This document shows, one piece after another, positions 15,084 to 25,212 of a stretch of 64,000 bases of DNA. The notes under the pieces were generated by a model. The model made no database searches, was not told the origin of the DNA, and saw only the letters and a list, made by a program, of their open reading frames with translations. The stretch is from an uncultured Candidatus Saccharibacteria bacterium. Lineage in GTDB: Bacteria; Patescibacteriota; Saccharimonadia; Saccharimonadales; CAYOYH01. The position numbers and the translations under genes are program-made. The stretch lies in the NCBI GenBank assembly GCA_964579475.1, contig CAZOFP010000003.1, positions 109 to 64,108 of the forward strand, given 5' to 3'. Position 1 is the first letter of the stretch, and every line of letters starts with the position of its first letter.

Positions 15084-15115
15084 ACCTGGTGTCCTAACCA
15101 CTAGACGAAGGGACC
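15084..15115 (-). pseudogene. exact duplicate of the tRNA-Glu 5' half (acceptor, D arm, 5' anticodon stem)
   Basis: 32 nt identical to 14899-14930. Identity stops at the anticodon loop, where TGAGAAC replaces TTCTCAT. Confidence 0.85.
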
Positions 15116-15312
15116 GAAGTCGCTTGCGCTCCAAGTATCAATTTTCAGTTTTCATTTGTCATTTTGAAGCACGAAAATACTAACATAACCCCTGTTCTTT
15201 CACAAGAGTTGCCCGCCACTTGTCTTGAATTGTGAAATGTAAAATGATAATTGATAATTCTCAGTCCTAACTGAGCTAAAAACCATAAACATGTTGTATA
15301 CTTACCTCCAAG

Positions 15313-15882
15313 ATGCCAGCCAAGAAACGAGTAAAAGCTAAAAAGTACGACCTACAAATTGCGACTATCCGTGTGGCGCGGACGGGGTTTGCCTTTGTCG
15401 GTGTGTTTTTACTGGCTACAATTATTTTTGATTCATGGAACTTGCTGACAAAAGATGCTGTTGGCTGGCGCTGGACATCAGCAATAGCGGTGGTAATAGT
15501 TACAGCCATTGTTTGGTATATGGCCAGACGTAAGGGGTCAGACAATTACTACAACACCTTGATTATGGCTTTGGTGATTTCGCAAATTTTGTTTGCTGGG
15601 TTTAATGTCTACTGGGAGAGAGGCGTCGCTAGCACGCTACCGATATTATTTGTGATTCCGATTTTAACGGCTGGTGCGATGAGAAAACGCACTTCCCTGT
15701 TGTTTGCTGCTTTGCTTTCAGCAGCTACCTATTCGACAGCTGCGGTTGTCTATTTCAATGAAAACTATGGTGAAGGCTACCGTGTGCAACTTTGGGGGCA
15801 GATATTCTTCTTTGGAAGCCTTTTCTTTGTAGTTGCCTGGTTGGCAATGGTACTGGCTGGCCTGCGCCACGACTCTAAGTAA
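15313..15882 (+). CDS. integral membrane protein (5-6 TM), unknown function
   Basis: ORF track, hydrophobic segments throughout. Confidence 0.55.
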   Translation: MPAKKRVKAKKYDLQIATIRVARTGFAFVGVFLLATIIFDSWNLLTKDAVGWRWTSAIAVVIVTAIVWYMARRKGSDNYYNTLIMALVISQILFAGFNVYWERGVASTLPILFVIPILTAGAMRKRTSLLFAALLSAATYSTAAVVYFNENYGEGYRVQLWGQIFFFGSLFFVVAWLAMVLAGLRHDSK

Positions 15883-15920
15883 ACTAACTTGGCCACTCAA
15901 TCCGAGAGATTTACACAAAC

Positions 15921-16021
15921 AACCCGAAGAGCGCAAGTCTGCCTGAAGGCGGACGGATTCGTGCGTAGCACGGATGCGAGTCAAGAAGATGCTACGAGTG
16001 TTAGCTAGCGAAGATTCATTA
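15921..16021 (+). repeat. intergenic repeat family A, copy 2 (5'-truncated/diverged)
   Basis: GGCGGACGGATTCGTGCGTAGCACGGATGCGAGTCAAGAAGAT is identical to copy 1. Hairpin GTCTGCC-TGAA-GGCGGAC keeps pairing through a G-U. Confidence 0.8.
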
Positions 16022-17689
16022 TTTCGACTGAACTATTTCGACAGTTTTACCACCTATGGCTTTCGTGAAGTAACTGTCGTGTGAGATATAAACAATAGCA
16101 CCGTGATACTGCCTCAGAGCTTCGTCGAGCTCCTCAATACTAGGAAGATCTAGGTGATTCGTGGGTTCGTCGAGAATTAGTACATTCGGGTCGCCAGTAA
16201 GCATGTTTATGAGTTGGAAACGAGCCTTTTCGCCACCACTTAGCTGACTAAGAGGTTTTTGTCCATCGAAAGCAGGATTGAATAGATAATCCCCGAGTAG
16301 ACCTTTAATAAGCTGGTCAGAGATTTGAACATTCTTTTGGAGATATACTTTCTCTATGGCTTCGGCTAGCGTTAGATCGAGGTAGTCAGGCGACAGCTCT
16401 TGCTCATAGACGCCGATACGAACTGATTTGTCAGTGAGTATTTCACCAGAGATATACTTAGCCTCGGTCTGTCGATGTTCATTAACTGCAACAATTTGGC
16501 GAGCTAAGGTGGATTTACCGGCACCATTTCGCCCATGGAACTGCAGTCTGTCACCCTCGCGGAGCTGAAAGCTAACAGGAGTAAATAGTGGTGTTTCGGT
16601 GTAACTAAGCTCTGCTTTCTTGGCCTCAACTAAAACATGGCTTGAACGCGAGGATTTAGTTTTTGTGGATATACGTATGTTACGAGTTTTGTGTTCTTCA
16701 TATGAGTCAGTAATTTTAGTGCTGATGTTCTGGGTAGATTCCTTATCTATCCAAAAACTTGGTTTGTCCTGACCTTCGAGTAAAGCGAGCTCTTTACGCG
16801 ATTTTCGCTCGAGAGATTTGAATCTAGAGATTGTTCCAGGGTTACGAGATTTCTCCTTCAAACGCTGGAAGCGTGTAACATCAGCTTTCAAATTAGTAAT
16901 ACGCGACTGGACAACATTGTATTGGTTGATTTCACTAGTAATGTTGCTTGTATTCTGGCGTAAGTAATCGTCGTAGTTGCCTTTAAAAATATCTGCTTGT
17001 CCGTCACGAAGTTCGATAATTTTTTCTACATTTTTCAGAACGTCACGATCATGAGTTATTACTAATACTGCTTCTTTAGTGTTGAGCAGCCAGGAAATGA
17101 AAGATGCTTTGGCGGCATAATCCATGTGGTTTGTCGGTTCGTCAATCAAGGCGAGATGTGCATTTGCTCGTTGCACCTTCACAAGTTCAACCATTCTTTT
17201 TTGACCACCGCTAAGATTACCTAGTGGTCCGCGTAGCTTGTCGGGTTCAATTTGGTAGCGTATCAAGGATTCTTCAATCTCGCCTTCTACCTCAAAATAA
17301 CCGAGCTGACTGAACCTGTCTAGAGCGTTGCTGTATGACTGCATTTTAACGGGATTATTACCCATAGTCTCCGGATAAGTATCTAGGATGTGTTTGAGTT
17401 TTGAGAACTCCGGCAAGTCACCGACTATATACTCGATAACTGTTTTCTCGTCGTGAGCTTGATGTTCTTGTCGGCTGGCTATAACCGTAGTACCTTTGCG
17501 CACAGTTATCTCCCCGTCGTAGTCGTTGTCCTCGCCGGACACCATGCTTAAAAGTGTTGACTTACCGGTGCCATTTCTGCCAATTAGTCCGATTTTCTCG
17601 CCAGATTCAATAGAGAAAGACAATCCTTCATAAAGTTTTTTATCGCCAAAAGATTTTTCGGCTATATCGATGTTTACTATCATGGTCAA
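16019..17689 (-). CDS. ABC-F family ATPase (two NBDs, no TMD)
   Basis: Two Walker A sites (GRNGTGKST, GRNGAGKST), two LSGG signatures and a charged linker. Confidence 0.9.
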   Translation of the reverse strand: MTMIVNIDIAEKSFGDKKLYEGLSFSIESGEKIGLIGRNGTGKSTLLSMVSGEDNDYDGEITVRKGTTVIASRQEHQAHDEKTVIEYIVGDLPEFSKLKHILDTYPETMGNNPVKMQSYSNALDRFSQLGYFEVEGEIEESLIRYQIEPDKLRGPLGNLSGGQKRMVELVKVQRANAHLALIDEPTNHMDYAAKASFISWLLNTKEAVLVITHDRDVLKNVEKIIELRDGQADIFKGNYDDYLRQNTSNITSEINQYNVVQSRITNLKADVTRFQRLKEKSRNPGTISRFKSLERKSRKELALLEGQDKPSFWIDKESTQNISTKITDSYEEHKTRNIRISTKTKSSRSSHVLVEAKKAELSYTETPLFTPVSFQLREGDRLQFHGRNGAGKSTLARQIVAVNEHRQTEAKYISGEILTDKSVRIGVYEQELSPDYLDLTLAEAIEKVYLQKNVQISDQLIKGLLGDYLFNPAFDGQKPLSQLSGGEKARFQLINMLTGDPNVLILDEPTNHLDLPSIEELDEALRQYHGAIVYISHDSYFTKAIGGKTVEIVQSK

Positions 17690-17734
17690 AGGAGATAGTA
17701 ACAGATTAAGGCAATGAGTTGGAGGCTATACTGC

Positions 17735-18232
17735 CTACGTTGGAGTTGGAGTTGAAGTTGGAGTTGAATTCCCGGTTTCTGCTTCTTCTTCGACGTCCTG
17801 TTCAGGGTCGGTTGGTTGTACTGGTGTATCGGCAGGCGTAACAGTGGCTTGTTGTCCGTCCATTTCCTGGATGATTTCTAGCATACGCCGGGGTGTAATC
17901 TCGGCTTTGATGAGGTAGCCGTCGGCGAGTTTCTCCATGGACTGGCGGGTGGCGTCGTCTTGCTCGAAATTGGTCATAATAATAATTCTGGTGGTGTCGC
18001 GGTCTTCGCCTTCGGCGCGCAGTTCTTGCAAGATTTCCACGCCGGTTTTGTCCGGCAGCATGATGTCTAGAAGTATGAAACTCCAACCACCCTGTTTGGC
18101 CTTCTCGAAACCATCTGGACCGTTGGTGCTTTCCTCGACGATATACCCATTTTTCTTGAGCGTGCGAGCGTACATCTCGCTGATGAAATGATCGTCTTCA
18201 ATGATTAAGATTTTTTTTGGCTTATTTTCCAT
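17735..18232 (-). CDS. response regulator, receiver only, with short Pro/Thr/Glu tail
   Basis: MENKPKKILIIEDD...LLDIMLPDK...MTN...K. The tail ends NSTPTSTPTPT, encoded by GTTGGA hexamer repeats. Start moved to 18232. Confidence 0.8.
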   Translation of the reverse strand: MENKPKKILIIEDDHFISEMYARTLKKNGYIVEESTNGPDGFEKAKQGGWSFILLDIMLPDKTGVEILQELRAEGEDRDTTRIIIMTNFEQDDATRQSMEKLADGYLIKAEITPRRMLEIIQEMDGQQATVTPADTPVQPTDPEQDVEEEAETGNSTPTSTPTPT

Positions 18233-18241
18233 ATTCTTCCT

Positions 18242-18275
18242 TCTAGATTCTAGCATCTATTGTCTAGACTCTAAC
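18242..18275. repeat. TCTA-heptad motif (family D), copy 2
   Basis: TCTAGAT TCTAGCA TCTATTG TCTAGAC TCTAAC. It fills the gap between the HK stop (18276) and the RR ribosome-binding site. Confidence 0.7.
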
Positions 18276-19799
18276 TTAACTCCTGTGCATTGAATGATTT
18301 TTTATCCAGCCATGGGAACTTCGCTTGATCCCTTGACCGTCATTATCGCCTTTCTTCAAAGCTTCGGCAACTGATTCGTATGTCGGTAGTTCGAATCCGA
18401 ACGTCGCGCCCTTGCCTTCGGTTGAGCGAACCCAGATATTGCCCCCGTGTGAATCAACGATAACCTTGCTTATATAAAGACCTAATCCGGTACCTGTAAC
18501 TGACTGTTTAGTGCGGTGGGATCGATAGAATTTTTTAAATAGATTACCGATTACCGATTTAGGTATGCCGATACCCGAATCTTGAACTGTGGTGCTGATG
18601 AAGTCGCCATCGTGTTTCACGGAGATTAGTATTACTCCACCCTCCGGACTGTATTTGATAGCATTGTCTACTAGGTTGCTTATGACCTCCAGAATACTTC
18701 CGCGGTCTACAGCGATAGTAGGTAGAGTCTCTGGCACAGCAAGTTTAAGTAGTCTCCCGTGTATTTCGGCGCGCAGAAGGAGGTTCTCGTAGGCTTCGTT
18801 GATGACATCTGTCCAGTTGGTTTCGCGGATATGCAGATTCATATGTTCCTGGTCGATTCTGGCGATGTTTAAGATGTTATTAACCGTGTCTGAGAGTTGC
18901 TCCGCAGACACGGTGGCTTTTTGTAGCAACCCACGTTGTTCAACTGTGAAAGTCTCTCGAAGCTCGTCTTCGAAAACGTCTAGGTATCCACGGATGATAG
19001 TAATAGGGCCGCGAAGTTCGTGGGCGGCTACAGCCACGAAGTCTAGCTCGGTCTCGTCGGCCATGTATTCTTCGGTTCGTTCGTTGAGCACGATTACTGT
19101 TTCTACCCCAGCTGAATCGTCCTTGCTGTAATGGGCGGTGACGTCAAAAATGTGTCGTGTGGTGTCGGTGCGAACAAGGCTAACACGCTCCCAGAAATGG
19201 TCGTTCTTAATCTTGTTCTCCTTGGAGAATTCTATCCAGGTACTTAGTGTCTCGTCTGACTGGAAATCGAGGGGTAGCACCTTGTACTGGTTCATGCCGA
19301 CGGCATCTTTGTAGTCAATATCTAGATAAGATAAACCTTTTTCGTTAGCGAACTGGAGGTTGCCTTCCTGGTTGAAGACAAAGACAGCGAGCGGTATCGA
19401 TTTTAATACGTACTCGATGTAGGCTCGTTTAGAATCAACTTCACTGGCGTGCTTACTACCCATGGTGGCTATGTTGAATATCTGCTGTGAAATTTCCTTA
19501 GCATAGTCGGCGCCAAGTTTTCCTGGCTCAATAGTCTTCGTGCCTTCTTTGTTCTGGACGTGTTTGATGGCGGACGAGATGCTATCTAGCGGTTTCGAGA
19601 GCATTTTCTGCCCGAAAGTACTGAAGATTAAGCTCATAACTAAGCCAATACCCACGCCCATGGCGGCTGCAGTAAGAGTGTCTAGATTAAACAGTTCGAG
19701 TGATATGTACCAAACTACGGAGACAATGAGAATGAGCACTGTACTAAAAATTAAAAGGAGATTTTGGATTCTTATCTTGTACTTTTTGTCATTGTTCAC
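18276..19799 (-). CDS. sensor histidine kinase
   Basis: H box AVAAHELRGP, LVDNAIKYS, DSGIGI, GTGLGLYISK. Two N-terminal TM segments. Confidence 0.88.
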   Translation of the reverse strand: MNNDKKYKIRIQNLLLIFSTVLILIVSVVWYISLELFNLDTLTAAAMGVGIGLVMSLIFSTFGQKMLSKPLDSISSAIKHVQNKEGTKTIEPGKLGADYAKEISQQIFNIATMGSKHASEVDSKRAYIEYVLKSIPLAVFVFNQEGNLQFANEKGLSYLDIDYKDAVGMNQYKVLPLDFQSDETLSTWIEFSKENKIKNDHFWERVSLVRTDTTRHIFDVTAHYSKDDSAGVETVIVLNERTEEYMADETELDFVAVAAHELRGPITIIRGYLDVFEDELRETFTVEQRGLLQKATVSAEQLSDTVNNILNIARIDQEHMNLHIRETNWTDVINEAYENLLLRAEIHGRLLKLAVPETLPTIAVDRGSILEVISNLVDNAIKYSPEGGVILISVKHDGDFISTTVQDSGIGIPKSVIGNLFKKFYRSHRTKQSVTGTGLGLYISKVIVDSHGGNIWVRSTEGKGATFGFELPTYESVAEALKKGDNDGQGIKRSSHGWIKNHSMHRS

Positions 19800-20890
19800 G
19801 GAGTGAAGTCGACTGTCCGGTCAGTCGGGATAACGGTCACCCACGTTTGACCAGTATTCAGTTTTATCGCCTTTCCTTCGCTGTCAACGAAAATAAAATT
19901 AGAATCTGTTCTGGTTGCTTTTTTCCATTTACCCTTGGTTACACCACCGTCTTGGAATACCCAGGCAGTGCCAGCGCCGGTAAGGGCTATTTGTTGATGA
20001 CCTGCGGAATCAATTACCTGGTGTGGTGCCTGCATGACAATGACTACTTTTGGTGAGATGACCTTGCCTGTTTCATTATCTTTATGTGCCTGATCGGCTA
20101 TGGTCCGATCGTAGGTGTTCGTGGTGGGGCTGTATTTGTAACCTACTTTGTAAAGGAACGAAGAAATATCAACAGTTATATTCGAGGCGGTTGGCACCTC
20201 AAGCGGGGCGTCTGCCTTCCGTTCCCAAGGGACGTAGTCACTACTTGTAAAACCTCTGGTCTCCATCAGTCCATAGGCACCTTCGCTAGAGCTATATTCG
20301 TTGTGGGGTGCAACGCGGTCATTTGCCCGCCAATATATTCCACCACCTGCAAGATCGCGACCACCGAAGGCTGCGAAATCTCTAATAGCTTTAGGGTCGC
20401 CGCCGTCATGAACGATTCCGGAGTCGTACCCCATGATGACGTCAATGAACTGCGTACGCAGGCTTCTGACGGGACCAATTTTATCAGCCATTTGTTCCTG
20501 ATGGACTGCGACGAATCTAGTGATTCCGCCTTCAACGATGAACTCAAACACCACGCCAGCTTTTGTCAGGCCAGATTGTGGTCTCGCCTTCGGGCTATTT
20601 TCAACGACGACGGCTACCGTGGGCCGGCTTGCGAGGTCTTTGGTAACTTCGATTCCAGTTAGTGGTGATGGCACTAGAACAATTTCAGGCTCCGAGGCTT
20701 GTCCAGTAGAATTTGGGTCCGTTCTGGTGACTGTGTCTGAGCGTGTCGACAGAACTACTGCCGCTACCAGACCAGCTACGAGTATAACGCCGAGTGTGAC
20801 CAGAATTGGTTTCTTATGAGTTGAGTAGAACTTTTTGGTCTTGTTAACCAATTGTCCTAAAGATTTCTTTGTCTTGTTTAACATAAGCAT
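19796..20890 (-). CDS. DUF3048-family secreted/lipoprotein-like protein
   Basis: N-terminal TM, then RPQSGL..AGVVFEFIVEGGITRFVAVH, typical of DUF3048 (YerB-like). Confidence 0.65.
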   Translation of the reverse strand: MLMLNKTKKSLGQLVNKTKKFYSTHKKPILVTLGVILVAGLVAAVVLSTRSDTVTRTDPNSTGQASEPEIVLVPSPLTGIEVTKDLASRPTVAVVVENSPKARPQSGLTKAGVVFEFIVEGGITRFVAVHQEQMADKIGPVRSLRTQFIDVIMGYDSGIVHDGGDPKAIRDFAAFGGRDLAGGGIYWRANDRVAPHNEYSSSEGAYGLMETRGFTSSDYVPWERKADAPLEVPTASNITVDISSFLYKVGYKYSPTTNTYDRTIADQAHKDNETGKVISPKVVIVMQAPHQVIDSAGHQQIALTGAGTAWVFQDGGVTKGKWKKATRTDSNFIFVDSEGKAIKLNTGQTWVTVIPTDRTVDFTP

Positions 20891-20958
20891 ATAACAGTAT
20901 AGAGTATGAGGTTAGAAGATAGAAGCTGGGTTCGTATTTGGTAGTTAGTAAGGAAAAG

Positions 20959-22380
20959 TCAAAGCACTGACTTGAGGCGGCGCAGGGACTCTTCTTTTCC
21001 GAGAACGCTGAGCATGTCAAAGAGATTTGGAGAGACTTTCCTACCACTCACAGCCCATCTGACCAGATTTAAATACTGCCGCGGCTGAGCGTTTAATTTT
21101 TCCATGTCGCCACGCAAAACCTTCTCTGTTGTCTCTGATGAAAAATCGCAATCACTTAGTGCGCTAATCGCCGACTCGAGATACTTTTTTGCATTTACGA
21201 GATCTAGATTGTTGTCCACTTGTTTGAGGTTATCTTCTGTCAGTGTAAACGAAGGATTGCCTAGGAATATTTCCATTTGTTGCTTGAACTCAGTGGTAGA
21301 ACGCGACTTGGAAGCAGCAAGTGCTGCTGCGAGTGTGTTGTCGAGGTCGGGGTTTGGTTTGAGATTAACTGCACTGAGAGTAGAAGCCAGATCATTCTTA
21401 ATCAACAGTTCGAAATGCTTCCAGTTGATCCAGTTTAGCTTTGTCTCGTCGAAGTGAGCACCTTTTCGCTGGATTCGATTCAAGGAAAATTTTTCAACTA
21501 ATTCTTCGGGTGAATATATTTCATCTTCGGTGCCATCGTTCCAGCCTAGAGACGATAGGAAATTTATCATTGCGTCCGGTAGGTAGCCTTCTTCGCGGTA
21601 GTTGAGAATGTCTTTTGCTCCGTCACGCTTAGAAAGTTTCTTACCACCTTCCTTGCCGAGAATCGGTGGCATCGTTGCCAGATTTGGTAGGGGCAACTCT
21701 AGGGCTTGGTGCAGAGCGATGAACTTAGGTGTGGAGCTTATAAATTCCTCGCCGCGCATAACATGGCTAATCTTCATCAGGTAGTCGTCGATGACATGAG
21801 CGAAGTTGTAAGTCGGGTAGCCATCAACCTTGATGAGGATAAAATCATCCAGCGCTTCGGGGCCAGCGCTCAAGCTTCCTCGAACCTCGTCGTGCCAGTC
21901 TGTTCGTTTAGGGTCGACTGTCTTGAACCTGAGCGGAACTTTGCCGTACCAGTCTTCGGGTGTGTCTACGGTTTCTGGGCGGTAGTCACGGAATAGAAAT
22001 GGTTTCTTTTCGGCCTTAGCTTTTGTGCGAAATTCTTGGACTTCTTCTGGCGTGAAAGGATCAGCATAGGCTAGGTCTTTGTCGATTAGTTTTTGTGCCC
22101 ATTCTTTGTAGGTGTCTAGCCGCTCAGATTGTTTGTATGGGCCGAGTTCTCCGCCTTCGTCTGGGCCTTCCTGCCAGTCGAGCTCAAGCCATTTGAGAGA
22201 CTGAACAATGTGTTCGAACGAACCCTCAACTTCGCGAGCCTTGTCGGTATCTTCAATTCTAAGAATGAAGTCGCCGTCATGTTTCTTTGCAAAAGCCCAG
22301 GCAAATATAGCGGTGCGGGCTGCACCGACGTGCATGTAGCCTGTTGGGCTTGGGGCAAACCTGGTTCTGACTCGGCTCAT
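20959..22380 (-). CDS. gltX: glutamyl-tRNA synthetase
   Basis: RTRFAPSPTGYMHVGAART (HIGH-class motif) and KLSKR. Confidence 0.93.
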   Translation of the reverse strand: MSRVRTRFAPSPTGYMHVGAARTAIFAWAFAKKHDGDFILRIEDTDKAREVEGSFEHIVQSLKWLELDWQEGPDEGGELGPYKQSERLDTYKEWAQKLIDKDLAYADPFTPEEVQEFRTKAKAEKKPFLFRDYRPETVDTPEDWYGKVPLRFKTVDPKRTDWHDEVRGSLSAGPEALDDFILIKVDGYPTYNFAHVIDDYLMKISHVMRGEEFISSTPKFIALHQALELPLPNLATMPPILGKEGGKKLSKRDGAKDILNYREEGYLPDAMINFLSSLGWNDGTEDEIYSPEELVEKFSLNRIQRKGAHFDETKLNWINWKHFELLIKNDLASTLSAVNLKPNPDLDNTLAAALAASKSRSTTEFKQQMEIFLGNPSFTLTEDNLKQVDNNLDLVNAKKYLESAISALSDCDFSSETTEKVLRGDMEKLNAQPRQYLNLVRWAVSGRKVSPNLFDMLSVLGKEESLRRLKSVL

Positions 22381-22492
22381 CGTTACCTCCTGTTTGTAGC
22401 GAATTTTTATCTTGTTCGCAGTAATTATAACTTACCACATGAACTTATGTAGTCTTTGTAATCTTCAGGAACACTAGTCTCTGTTGTCGAAG

Positions 22493-23587
22493 CTACAGAC
22501 TGGCGGCAATTCGAAGTAGTTGTTCGGAGCTCAGTAGTGAATCGCCTGAAACGGTATACCAGACTCCCCCGTTGACCCAGGATGCATTTGAACCTTCATA
22601 AATATAAACCGTCAAACCTCGGTCATAAACTGTTGAATATAGCGAATCTGAGCTGACTTCCTTTTTAACGAAGTTGTCTAAGAGGCTTTTTGAATCCCAA
22701 CTGGTTTGACGCTGTGTGATGTTGTACTCGCGGTCGTCGGTGTTCGATGAGAACTGAATAGTTATCTGACCCGGAGAATAAGCAATGGGACCCGTAAAAC
22801 GGTAGCCATTCGGGCTATAACCGGGCATGTTGGCGCTAAAACCAGCCTTCACAGCGGCTACTCGAAGTGCCATGTTGGGAACGTTTAGGTAGGTAATGTA
22901 CCCAAAGAGCATTAAAGCGGCTAGTGAAGTAGCAACAATAGTGGTAATTTTTGGGCTTTTTTTGACGTAATTTGTGGCATTTTTGAACGGACTTTTGCCG
23001 GATTTTTTCTTACTGTTCGCTTTTTTTGTGGTATCAACTTTTGCTAGTTGGTTGGCGATGAGTAAATTTTTTGTGGAAACCTTAATCGATTTAGCTACGG
23101 ACGATACTGATTGGTTGTTATTTGCTGGTGATGAAATGTCTGAACCAACAAATTTGGATATGGAAGCGCTCTTTTTGCTTAATTTAGCCTGTTTCAGGCG
23201 TTCCCTGGAAACTGTTTCGGCCAGCTCATTTTTCGCACTATCGGATGGGCCTCCAGCAAATGCGGTCGCAGAGGTTAAAATTTTGGTTCGAAATGAAGTT
23301 CTTTTCGGTCTTTTGGTTGATGCGCGAACCAGTGTTTTGCTCTTCGCTGCGGGTTTGTGTAGCTCTTTGGCATGTTTGACTCGGCGATGTGCTTCTGTCT
23401 TTACCTGCTTTGTTGTCAGAACAGCAGATGAAGTTTCTGCCTTTGGCTTAGTAGCTTGGACTTTTGTGAAACCATCGACTTTTGGACTAGTCTTTTGGCT
23501 CGAGGCAACATGGTCTTTTATAAGTTCACCAGAGTTGGCGTCATATTTGCGACCATTTATTTCAATTATGTTGCGTTTTTGCGCCAC
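22493..23587 (-). CDS. membrane-anchored protein with DUF4367-like C-terminal domain
   Basis: Lys/Ser-rich N-terminal half, one TM (IVATSLAALMLFGYITY), C-terminus ...WVNGGVWYTVSGDSLLSSEQLLRIAASL. Confidence 0.5.
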   Translation of the reverse strand: MAQKRNIIEINGRKYDANSGELIKDHVASSQKTSPKVDGFTKVQATKPKAETSSAVLTTKQVKTEAHRRVKHAKELHKPAAKSKTLVRASTKRPKRTSFRTKILTSATAFAGGPSDSAKNELAETVSRERLKQAKLSKKSASISKFVGSDISSPANNNQSVSSVAKSIKVSTKNLLIANQLAKVDTTKKANSKKKSGKSPFKNATNYVKKSPKITTIVATSLAALMLFGYITYLNVPNMALRVAAVKAGFSANMPGYSPNGYRFTGPIAYSPGQITIQFSSNTDDREYNITQRQTSWDSKSLLDNFVKKEVSSDSLYSTVYDRGLTVYIYEGSNASWVNGGVWYTVSGDSLLSSEQLLRIAASL

Positions 23588-23754
23588 TTGCTACCTCGTG
23601 AAAGAAGATTTATTGTTGCCTACTCTATCTTAAGATGACCGCCCTCGAGGCGCAAGCTATAATTGGAAAAATATAGTTTTATTATGAAATTGCTAGCGTA
23701 AGCGTTGCGGTACAAGTGTAAAAAACTAAATCTCTGTGGTATAAGTATATCGCT

Positions 23755-25212
23755 ATGTTTCACATTGATTTTGAATCCGAAAAAACGAAGAATTTTCTAA
23801 ATATTGCCAAATACAGCTCGATCACGGTTCTGGTGGTTGTTGTGACTGTTGCTCTGGTTTTTGCTGCTGGCGGGTATGATATAAACCGCGAGACGGGTGA
23901 AATAATCCAAAATGGTCTTGTTCTGACCACGACACAACCTGTTAGCGCGGACGTCTATGTCAACGGAGAGAACGAAAACGACCCTACTTCTAGCAGGCTT
24001 TCTCTACCTATTGGTCAATATAATATCGAGTTTAAGAGAGACGGCTACTTCGACTGGGCGAAAAAGATTACTATCACTGGCTCTGATGTTATCTGGTTGC
24101 AATACCCCAGGCTAATACCAACAGATATTGCTACCGTTAGCGTTCAAGCCTATAAGGACATTAATTTAGTTTCACAAACACCAGACAGAAAGTATCTACT
24201 GATTCATGAAGAAATAGGTGACAATAAACTAACCCTGTTTAACACTGAAGATATCGAGTCAGAACTGGAAGAAGTGGTAGTGCCGCTGAGTATACTTGGT
24301 ACGGAATTGAACGTAGCATCATCATTTAAGGTCATTGATTGGGCACAGGACAGCCGAACAGTAGTTTTGGAACATACTAGCGGTACGACTAAAGAATTGA
24401 TTCTTCTAGATGTAACGAAGCCTCAGGAAGCGATTAATCTGACGTCGTTATATGAACTACCGCTCACACAAGTCAGGTTTGCAGGCAACTCTAGAACCAA
24501 GCTCTATGCGGTTGTTAACTCGACTTTCAGAAAGGTAGATGTTGGGGCCGGGACGATTAGTACTGCACTTATTAATAACGTGGCGCAGTATGACCAAAAA
24601 GACGATATTGTTGTGGTGCTGCATGGCGTAGCCAGCAAAGCCACGATTTCACTTCTTGACGGTGATGATCTGTTCAAGCTCACAGATCTTGGGGGTGCGG
24701 TAAGTGACTATATTGTGAAGATAGACAGCTTTGACGGTGAGCGGTATATTGCACTTGCAGATAATGTGCAGGACAGAACGTTTATATATCAAAATGTTTT
24801 AGATACTGCGAAAAACAGTAAAGGCGCAGAACTACTCTCTTCTTTGCGGAGTGCGGACACGAAGTTCTTGTCATTCTCGCCCAATAGTCAGTTTGTGTTA
24901 GCGCAAAACGGCAGAGATTTTAGGTTGTTTGATTTCGACCTAGAGGAGAAACGAGCTTTTACAGCTCGTCAGGAGATTACCGCAGCTACCGAGGCTACTT
25001 GGGTCGACGGTTTTCATCTAAATATTATCGATAGCAAGTCTCAGTCATATTTTATGGACTATGACGGTTTGAACCCGCACATTTTAACTAAATCAGATGC
25101 ATCCTTAGGCGTGTTCTACAGGCCGGATATAGAGGGTGTGTACTCTTTCGCTACAGGTGCTCAGGGTTCTGATATTTTGAACTTTAGCTCGCTCGTTGCG
25201 AAAACTAATTAG
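23755..25212 (+). CDS. membrane-anchored PEGA-domain protein
   Basis: TM near the N-terminus, then PEGA-like ADVYVNGENE...GQYNIEFKRDGYFDW. Confidence 0.55.
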   Translation: MFHIDFESEKTKNFLNIAKYSSITVLVVVVTVALVFAAGGYDINRETGEIIQNGLVLTTTQPVSADVYVNGENENDPTSSRLSLPIGQYNIEFKRDGYFDWAKKITITGSDVIWLQYPRLIPTDIATVSVQAYKDINLVSQTPDRKYLLIHEEIGDNKLTLFNTEDIESELEEVVVPLSILGTELNVASSFKVIDWAQDSRTVVLEHTSGTTKELILLDVTKPQEAINLTSLYELPLTQVRFAGNSRTKLYAVVNSTFRKVDVGAGTISTALINNVAQYDQKDDIVVVLHGVASKATISLLDGDDLFKLTDLGGAVSDYIVKIDSFDGERYIALADNVQDRTFIYQNVLDTAKNSKGAELLSSLRSADTKFLSFSPNSQFVLAQNGRDFRLFDFDLEEKRAFTARQEITAATEATWVDGFHLNIIDSKSQSYFMDYDGLNPHILTKSDASLGVFYRPDIEGVYSFATGAQGSDILNFSSLVAKTN

